From UHGV virus genome UHGV-0191121: 43,248 nucleotides of DNA; one strand, 5' to 3'. Positions 37,509 to 43,248 of this stretch are shown in pieces (within the stretch, counting starts at the first letter, position 1; the number at the start of each line of letters is the position of its first letter). Below the pieces are notes generated by a model. That model was not told the DNA's origin, searched no databases, and worked only from the letters and a program-made list of their open reading frames with translations. A program made the position numbers and the translations under genes. Source of the DNA: a virus.

Positions 37509-37649
37509 ATGGATAAAGTAGTAATCGATTTATATAAAAAAGGTTTATACACTGACGAAACTTTTAAAAAGTTTGTTAGAGTTAGATGGATTACGCCAGA
37601 ACAGTTTAAAGAAACAACAGGTAAAGATTACGAACCACAGGTTAAATAA
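37509..37649 (+). CDS. XkdX-like small protein (paralog of 41971..42117)
   Basis: KKGLYTDETFKKFVRVRWITPEQFKETTG aligns with MGLYNEEQFALFVKRGFVTPEEYLELTG. Confidence 0.45.
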   Translation: MDKVVIDLYKKGLYTDETFKKFVRVRWITPEQFKETTGKDYEPQVK

Positions 37650-37688
37650 CTTGTGGTTTCATTTTTGAGCAAAGTTGGTGGATTAACC

Positions 37689-38096
37689 ATGAGAAAAATA
37701 AATACAACAGATTTAATGTCTAATCTTTTGCTTTTATTACTTGCTGTTACAGGTGGTATTAGAAGTTTTGAATGGATTGATAAAACTGTAGATGAATTAG
37801 AAGAAATATCCCCTTTGTATACAAAAATAAGCCTTTATTTTGATATACAAACTATGGGGTGGTTTATGCTAATCGGTTCTTTCCTTTTAATTGCAGCAAT
37901 GTTTTCCGACGGTAAAATATACGCTATTTTTGTCATTTTGGGTAATAGTTTAAGCGGTTTTATTCATGTGCTTTTCGGTTTATTGTCTGTGAGTGGCGCA
38001 GAAATGTTCACTACTTATTACATCAATTTAAGCATTGGCATCATACAATTTATCTTAGTGGCAATTGGGGTTTTAATTTTATGCAAAAAACAATAG
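37689..38096 (+). CDS. Multi-TM membrane protein in the tail/lysis-accessory region (holin-like)
   Basis: Four hydrophobic helices. ATG at 37689 with GGTGGA RBS (the ORF-track GTG at 37653 is an alternative start). Confidence 0.5.
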   Translation: MRKINTTDLMSNLLLLLLAVTGGIRSFEWIDKTVDELEEISPLYTKISLYFDIQTMGWFMLIGSFLLIAAMFSDGKIYAIFVILGNSLSGFIHVLFGLLSVSGAEMFTTYYINLSIGIIQFILVAIGVLILCKKQ

Positions 38097-38527
38097 AAGA
38101 ACAAAGAATTACTAGCTTAGAAAAACGCATGGATAAAGCTGAAACTAATATAGAAAAGACATCAGAAAAGTTATACAAAGTGGATGAAAAGCATGATGAC
38201 AGATACACAGAAACTATACAAGCCATTACAGAATTAAAAGGAACATCCGCTAACACTGAAAAGAACACAGATAGAATGGCAAATAGTATTGAAGGGCTTG
38301 TAAAGGAGTTAAGACAATCAAACTCTAATACAAATAGACGTTTTGAAGAAGTCAACGGAGAAGTTAGAGATATTAGAAAAACACTAGATAGCAAAATTGA
38401 AGATAAACAATTTATATTAGAAGAAAAAAAGCTGTCTAACAAAACATTAGGTGCTTTGATTGTAGGTGCTTTCGCTTTACTTGAAACATTAAGTAAAGTA
38501 ATTGCTCCGTTGTTATTTGGAAATTAA
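38081..38527 (+). CDS. Coiled-coil protein with C-terminal TM anchor
   Basis: 148 aa, charged and helical, ending in LGALIVGAFALLETL. Confidence 0.45.
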   Translation: MQKTIEEQRITSLEKRMDKAETNIEKTSEKLYKVDEKHDDRYTETIQAITELKGTSANTEKNTDRMANSIEGLVKELRQSNSNTNRRFEEVNGEVRDIRKTLDSKIEDKQFILEEKKLSNKTLGALIVGAFALLETLSKVIAPLLFGN

Positions 38528-38555
38528 GTCGGTACATATTGTATCGGCTTTTTAT
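38527..38555 (+). terminator. Intrinsic terminator
   Basis: gtcggtaca-tat-tgtatcggc (9-bp stem with two G-U pairs) followed by TTTTTATT. Confidence 0.5.
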
Positions 38556-38578
38556 TATGCCAGAAATGAGGTGCATAT

Positions 38579-40486
38579 ATGGGATTACCTAGTCCTAAAA
38601 AAAGAAAGCCTACTGCTTCTGAAGTTGCAGCATGGGCAAGAAGTATGATTGGTAGAAGGGTTGATGTGGACGGTTACTACGGAGCACAATGTTGGGATCT
38701 ACCTAACTACATTTTTAATAGGTATTGGCGTTTTAGAACAACAGGAAACGCTATTGCTATGGCATGGTATAGATATCCTAAAGGTTTCAAATTCTATAGG
38801 AATACTAGAAACTTTGTTCCGAAACCTGGTGACATGGCAGTTTGGGGAAAGGGTTCCTTTAATAACGGTGTTGGTCACACAGCTGTTGTAATTGGTCCAT
38901 CTACTAAAAGTTACTTCACTAGTGTGGATCAAAATTGGATCGGTGCAAATAGTTATACAGGCTCGCCTGGTGCCAAAATCAAGCATAGTTATAATGGTAT
39001 AAGCGGGTTTGTCAGACCTCCTTACCACGCCGAAACAAAGAAACCATCAAAAGCAAGTAGTACACCGTCTAAACCATCTTCTGACAATACTCCTAAGAAT
39101 ACAAAAGAACAAACAAAACCTATCATCAAAGAAGTAACCAAAGTTTCTTATACTTCTTTTGCTTACGATTTAGATGACAAATTAGAATACATTTATCATT
39201 ACATGGTAGAAGGACAAAAAAGCATAGGGAAAGTAAAAGGTATTTACATCAAAGAAAGTACACATATGCGTTCTGTTGAGGAATTGTACTTACAACGTAA
39301 TAAATATGTTAACGAAGATGAATATCCACATGTTTATATAGACCGTGAGCGTGTATGGACGCCTCGACCTGATTCTGAAGAAGCACCAGAACATCCAGGT
39401 TGGCTTGTCATGGAAGTATGTGGCGGTCAAACAGAAAGTAAACGTCAATTTATGCTTAACCAAATCAGGGCGTTAATCTATGGTGTTTGGTTACTAAGTT
39501 GGAGTAAGATAAAACTTTCTGAATCATCAATTAAAGCAGATCCTAACATTTGGCGTTCTATGAAAGATTTGATTAATTATGACTTGATTAAAAATGGTAT
39601 TCCTGATGAAAGTAAGTACAAAGAAGTTGAAAAGAAAATCATCGGTTTATACCTGAATCGAGATAAATTACAAACAGAAACAATCACAACTACCACTACA
39701 AAGATGAAAATAAAAGTAAAAGGTAAAACGTCTGTAGACAATCCTACACAAAACAATACAACATCTAAAGACGGTAAATCTGTAAGCAAAACACCTACTA
39801 AACCTAGAGTAGTTGTAGAGAAAAGTAAATATACATTCCAACAAGCGCTTAATGCACAAATGGCTCATGGTATGCCTCAAAAATCTTATAGTTGGGGTTG
39901 GGGTAACGCCTCTAGGTCTCAAACAAGTAAATATATGAACCCAACTACTATATGGAATAGTTCAACCCAACGCTATCAAATGCTGGATTTAGGCAAGTAT
40001 CAAGGTATATCCGTAAGTAAGTTGAACAAGATACTTAAAGGCAAAGGTACTTTATCCGGACAAGGCAAAGCTTTTGCAGACGGTTGTAAGAAGTACAATG
40101 TAAATGAAATTTACCTAATCGCTCACGCTTTCTTAGAAAGTGGATATGGCCGTAGTAACTACGCTAGTGGACGATATGGCATTTATAACTATTTTGGTAT
40201 TTCTGCATATGATAACAACCCAGATGCTTCAATTGCATACGCTAGACGTCAAGGTTGGACTAGTCCACGTAACGGTATTATAGGTGGCGCTAAGTTTGTT
40301 AGAAAACAATATTTTAATAAAGGTAAAAACACATTATACAGAATGCGTTGGAACCCTAAAAACCCTGGTTACATGCAATACGCTACTGCGATTGAATGGT
40401 GTAACTTCCAAGCTACAACTATTAGTAGCTTATATAAAAAAGTAGGATTAAAGGGTATGTACTACATTCGAGATAAATATAGATAA
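38579..40486 (+). CDS. Virion-associated peptidoglycan hydrolase: N-terminal CHAP + C-terminal glucosaminidase (mannosyl-glycoprotein endo-beta-N-acetylglucosaminidase-like)
   Basis: CHAP: YGAQCWDL...GHTAVVIG. C-terminal YLIAHAFLESGYGRS...YNYFGISAYDNNP is the glucosaminidase/FlgJ-like signature. 635 aa, as for staphylococcal phage tail hydrolases. Confidence 0.85.
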   Translation: MGLPSPKKRKPTASEVAAWARSMIGRRVDVDGYYGAQCWDLPNYIFNRYWRFRTTGNAIAMAWYRYPKGFKFYRNTRNFVPKPGDMAVWGKGSFNNGVGHTAVVIGPSTKSYFTSVDQNWIGANSYTGSPGAKIKHSYNGISGFVRPPYHAETKKPSKASSTPSKPSSDNTPKNTKEQTKPIIKEVTKVSYTSFAYDLDDKLEYIYHYMVEGQKSIGKVKGIYIKESTHMRSVEELYLQRNKYVNEDEYPHVYIDRERVWTPRPDSEEAPEHPGWLVMEVCGGQTESKRQFMLNQIRALIYGVWLLSWSKIKLSESSIKADPNIWRSMKDLINYDLIKNGIPDESKYKEVEKKIIGLYLNRDKLQTETITTTTTKMKIKVKGKTSVDNPTQNNTTSKDGKSVSKTPTKPRVVVEKSKYTFQQALNAQMAHGMPQKSYSWGWGNASRSQTSKYMNPTTIWNSSTQRYQMLDLGKYQGISVSKLNKILKGKGTLSGQGKAFADGCKKYNVNEIYLIAHAFLESGYGRSNYASGRYGIYNYFGISAYDNNPDASIAYARRQGWTSPRNGIIGGAKFVRKQYFNKGKNTLYRMRWNPKNPGYMQYATAIEWCNFQATTISSLYKKVGLKGMYYIRDKYR

Positions 40487-40540
40487 CAAGGCTATTCACT
40501 GTCAGTGGGTAGCCTTTAATAATCAATAAGAGGTGCATTT

Positions 40541-41623
40541 ATGGTACAAAAATTACAAGATGTAGAAACAAATATTAATGTTAGTACTGTAGAAAATGGC
40601 TTTATAGGAGCTAATTTCTATACAGAAGACGACGGATCTTCATATATTCGCATTGCTATTAAAGATAACAACGAGGCCCTTAACTTCAACAACACGGATA
40701 TGACACCTCGATTAGATTTATTTAGTTCAGATGGTTCTATATTTACAAATGAACCTTTAGACATCCTTGTTCCAGAAGGAGGGGTTATCCAATATAAGGT
40801 ATCAGACAATGTTATTAAACATGCAGGTAGAATGGATGCAAAGTTATTTTTAGCTAATAGTAAAGATAGTGTGCATGTCGCTAACTTTTATTTCACTATC
40901 ACAGACAGTGGAATGACTGGACCGATTGGTAAAGAAATTCATGTAGATTCGTTACAAGATTTAGTAAAAAATGTTATGAAAGAGAATGCTATAGGATTAT
41001 TAGATGATGATTTTAAAGATAAGTTAGAAAACGATTTAAAAGTATATATGGAGGAAAATGCTGATACATTCAAAGGAGAACAGGGCGCTCAAGGCGCAAT
41101 TGGTCTACAAGGACCTAAAGGAGAGCCTTTCCGATACGAAGATTTCACGCCAGAGCAACTCGCTAATTTGAAAGGAGAGCAGGGCGTACAAGGTATTCCT
41201 GGTGAAGATGGGAAACCATTCACATATAGTGATTTCACTCAAGAGCAGTTAGAGTTGTTAAAACCTAACTGGACGGACACAGATTGGCAATCACTTCCAC
41301 TTGTTAATGGAGTTGCACAAGCCGGCATATATAACAAACCTTCTTATAGACTGGTTTCAATTAATAATGTTAACGTAATATTCATTAAAGGTGCAATAAG
41401 TGGCGTAAGTATGAAAGAAATGGCTTTTGCGAAATTCCCTAAAAACATTGGGGATATGATAAAAGATTATAAACAATACACGAAATCGAGTATTAATACG
41501 AGTCAAGCGATTATCTATAATATCACCATCGCTCAAGGTGGCGATTTAAAAATTACATTTGATCCTAAGTATGAAGTGAAGTCGTATGACATGTACTACA
41601 TTGAAGGAACAATTGTTTTATAG
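40541..41623 (+). CDS. Tail fiber protein with collagen-like Gly-X-Y repeats
   Basis: GEQGAQGAIGLQGPKGE ... GEQGVQGIPGEDGKP triplet repeats, each followed by a F-Y-DFT-EQL motif. Confidence 0.7.
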   Translation: MVQKLQDVETNINVSTVENGFIGANFYTEDDGSSYIRIAIKDNNEALNFNNTDMTPRLDLFSSDGSIFTNEPLDILVPEGGVIQYKVSDNVIKHAGRMDAKLFLANSKDSVHVANFYFTITDSGMTGPIGKEIHVDSLQDLVKNVMKENAIGLLDDDFKDKLENDLKVYMEENADTFKGEQGAQGAIGLQGPKGEPFRYEDFTPEQLANLKGEQGVQGIPGEDGKPFTYSDFTQEQLELLKPNWTDTDWQSLPLVNGVAQAGIYNKPSYRLVSINNVNVIFIKGAISGVSMKEMAFAKFPKNIGDMIKDYKQYTKSSINTSQAIIYNITIAQGGDLKITFDPKYEVKSYDMYYIEGTIVL

Positions 41624-41633
41624 GAGGTAAAAT

Positions 41634-41978
41634 ATGAAAACAAAACAAATTTATTTCTATGATGGAACTCCATATTTGGTTATAGAAAACAAAAGAGGAG
41701 ACATGGAATTCCCGAAAGGAAAATGGACAGAGATAGAACCTCCGGAAGGGATATTCACCCCTTGTCATTTTGACGGAGAAAAATGGATAGGAACATCACA
41801 TGAAGAATGGTTAAAAAAACAACCTAAAGTTGAAACAGAAGAAATTCCCGATGATAAAGATGTTTTAATATCGGATTTAACTTTACAATTAATGAAAACA
41901 CAAGATACAGTAGCAAATCTACAAAATGATATAGCGAATTTAACATTACAAGTTTTGGAGAGTGATATTAATGCGTAA
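41634..41978 (+). CDS. DUF2977-like protein, second copy
   Basis: Paralog of 37169..37507 (see that entry). Confidence 0.5.
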   Translation: MKTKQIYFYDGTPYLVIENKRGDMEFPKGKWTEIEPPEGIFTPCHFDGEKWIGTSHEEWLKKQPKVETEEIPDDKDVLISDLTLQLMKTQDTVANLQNDIANLTLQVLESDINA

Positions 41979-42117
41979 CATAGGTATCAGATACTATAAA
42001 ATGGGTTTATACAATGAAGAACAATTTGCTTTATTTGTTAAAAGAGGATTTGTAACTCCCGAAGAATATTTAGAATTAACGGGTATTGAATATGATTTGG
42101 AAAATGCACATGTATAA
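41971..42117 (+). CDS. XkdX-like small protein, second copy
   Basis: Paralog of 37509..37649. Not in the ORF track (48 aa). Confidence 0.4.
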   Translation: MRNIGIRYYKMGLYNEEQFALFVKRGFVTPEEYLELTGIEYDLENAHV

Positions 42118-42125
42118 CTAATTCG

Positions 42126-42150
42126 CCGGACTTTTTAGTCCGGTTTTTTA
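42126..42150 (+). terminator. Intrinsic terminator
   Basis: ccggact-ttttag-tccgg followed by TTTTTTATT. Confidence 0.55.
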
Positions 42151-42163
42151 TTGGAGGTAAAAC

Positions 42164-42673
42164 ATGCTAATAAATGTACTTAACTTAAATGACTCTCAAG
42201 ATGGTAATCGCATTAAACAAGGTGATTTATCACATATGCGTTATATCTTAACAGATACTAACAAAGATGATTTAAATTTAGATGGATTACCTGCAAAAGT
42301 ATTTTTGACAGATGAAACGGGTGTTAAATATATCTACGACACTACAGTTAGGCAATATGACAATTCCTATGTGTGTGATGTAGTTATCAATCAAATTATC
42401 CCTGCTAACATATACACACTAGAAATATGGGTTGATAACAAGTATGTATTCCCGTCTGATAAGAAAACGAAAATCGAAGTAACTGAAAGTGCGATTGGTA
42501 GACAATTAATCAATACACAAAACCATGATTTGTGGCAAGAGATGATTGAATACGGTGTAAAAAACGGATTGATTAAGAATCAAACTGAAAACGAAGAAAA
42601 TTTTGTCATTGGAGAGAACGCCCCTAATGACACAACTAAAATTTGGATTGATACTACTGGAGGTAATGAATAA
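42164..42673 (+). CDS. Hypothetical phage protein (pre-lysis module)
   Basis: 169 aa with RBS GGAGGT. Confidence 0.45.
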   Translation: MLINVLNLNDSQDGNRIKQGDLSHMRYILTDTNKDDLNLDGLPAKVFLTDETGVKYIYDTTVRQYDNSYVCDVVINQIIPANIYTLEIWVDNKYVFPSDKKTKIEVTESAIGRQLINTQNHDLWQEMIEYGVKNGLIKNQTENEENFVIGENAPNDTTKIWIDTTGGNE

Positions 42674-43200
42674 TGAAAGCTATTCCTAAAATTTTCGACA
42701 AAGAAAAAGGGCAATGGATTGAACTGATGGCTAAACCTATCGCCGAAGAAGTAGTTAAGATAATGAAAGATGATTGGTTATCTAATAAGAAAACAATTGA
42801 CTATTGGTTATTACAATATACAGAGGGCGTAGTCGAGCCTATACAAGTTGCTATATTTACCGATGGCAATGAAGTTGATGAAACGTTAAAAAGTAACTTA
42901 GAATGGGCATTTAAAAGCTATGTATTTAATTTACAAAACAAAAAACTTTTTAATTTACAAAGTTTTATAAATGATTGCTATAGCATAAAAATAGATTTAC
43001 CCAAACAGTTCAAAGTCAACGCTACTGTAAAATTTGATAGTTTAGATGAGCCTATTTACTTACAGGAAATAGACAATATGACTACTAATGTTGATGTAAT
43101 AGGTATGTTAGATGAATCTTCTAAAGGTTCAATTGAAGTGAAATATATTTACAATGACCACCCTATAGAAGAAAAGAAATTAATAAAAGAGAACAAGTAA
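42673..43200 (+). CDS. Hypothetical phage protein
   Basis: 175 aa, ATGA-coupled to the upstream gene. Confidence 0.45.
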   Translation: MKAIPKIFDKEKGQWIELMAKPIAEEVVKIMKDDWLSNKKTIDYWLLQYTEGVVEPIQVAIFTDGNEVDETLKSNLEWAFKSYVFNLQNKKLFNLQSFINDCYSIKIDLPKQFKVNATVKFDSLDEPIYLQEIDNMTTNVDVIGMLDESSKGSIEVKYIYNDHPIEEKKLIKENK

Positions 43201-43205
43201 TTTAA

Positions 43206-43231
43206 GTCAACGCAATGCGTTGGCTTTTTAT
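43206..43231 (+). terminator. Intrinsic terminator preceding the holin RBS
   Basis: gtcaacgc-aat-gcgttggc (8-bp stem, one G-U) followed by TTTTTAT. Confidence 0.5.
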
Positions 43232-43248
43232 ATTATCTTAAAGGAGAT

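Noticed and set aside
38649-39922. Four overlapping ORFs on both strands within the CHAP-glucosaminidase gene
   Set aside because: They are contained in a gene with clear domain motifs in another frame, so they are spurious.
1-43248. Search for tRNA genes, CRISPR repeats, reverse transcriptase/DGR, toxin-antitoxin pairs or recognisable defence-system ATPases
   Set aside because: No cloverleaf-like conserved tRNA boxes. No regularly spaced direct repeats. No RT (YxDD) or large P-loop NTPase ORFs outside the helicase and terminase.

Overview
The window reads as one complete, circularly permuted genome (~43.2 kb) of a temperate Staphylococcus-type siphovirus (phi11/80alpha/phiETA-like; AT-rich, tightly packed, genes in two orientation blocks). 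It is presented starting inside the lysis cassette. The order is: holin and CHAP-amidase-SH3b endolysin; a ~320 bp attP region; a tyrosine integrase (-); a lysogeny operon on the minus strand (CI-like S24 repressor followed by a lipoprotein moron); a divergent cI/cro operator region with three copies of a TACGAAAATTCGTAT palindrome; cro and antirepressor; a recombination/replication module (ERF annealase, SSB, HNH-motif protein, DnaD-like initiator, DnaB-type helicase); a long block of small early genes (DUF1064, DUF3310, a degenerate NUMOD4/HNH-like protein, YopX, an SNase-like nuclease, a trimeric dUTPase, small membrane proteins); an ArpU/RinA-family late activator; an unusually long 470 bp non-coding leader; then terS, terL, portal, minor head, scaffold, capsid, connectors, major tail, G/GT chaperone (a -1 slippery site found), a 1034-aa tape measure, Dit, Tal with an SGNH esterase domain, a beta-helix fiber, a receptor-binding protein, a CHAP-glucosaminidase virion hydrolase and a collagen-like fiber. 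The 3' end of the window carries the terminator of the last gene and the RBS of the holin at position 7, so the ends are contiguous. No tRNA, CRISPR, toxin cargo or reverse transcriptase was seen. The most unusual non-coding feature is the 470 bp region upstream of terS: a 16-bp hairpin, a consensus -35 paired with a poor -10, TGTGACAT direct repeats and an intrinsic terminator immediately before terS. A clearly novel multi-gene system is not evident; the most likely accessory or possibly defensive loci are the lipoprotein moron, the clusters of small membrane proteins and the acidic small early proteins.
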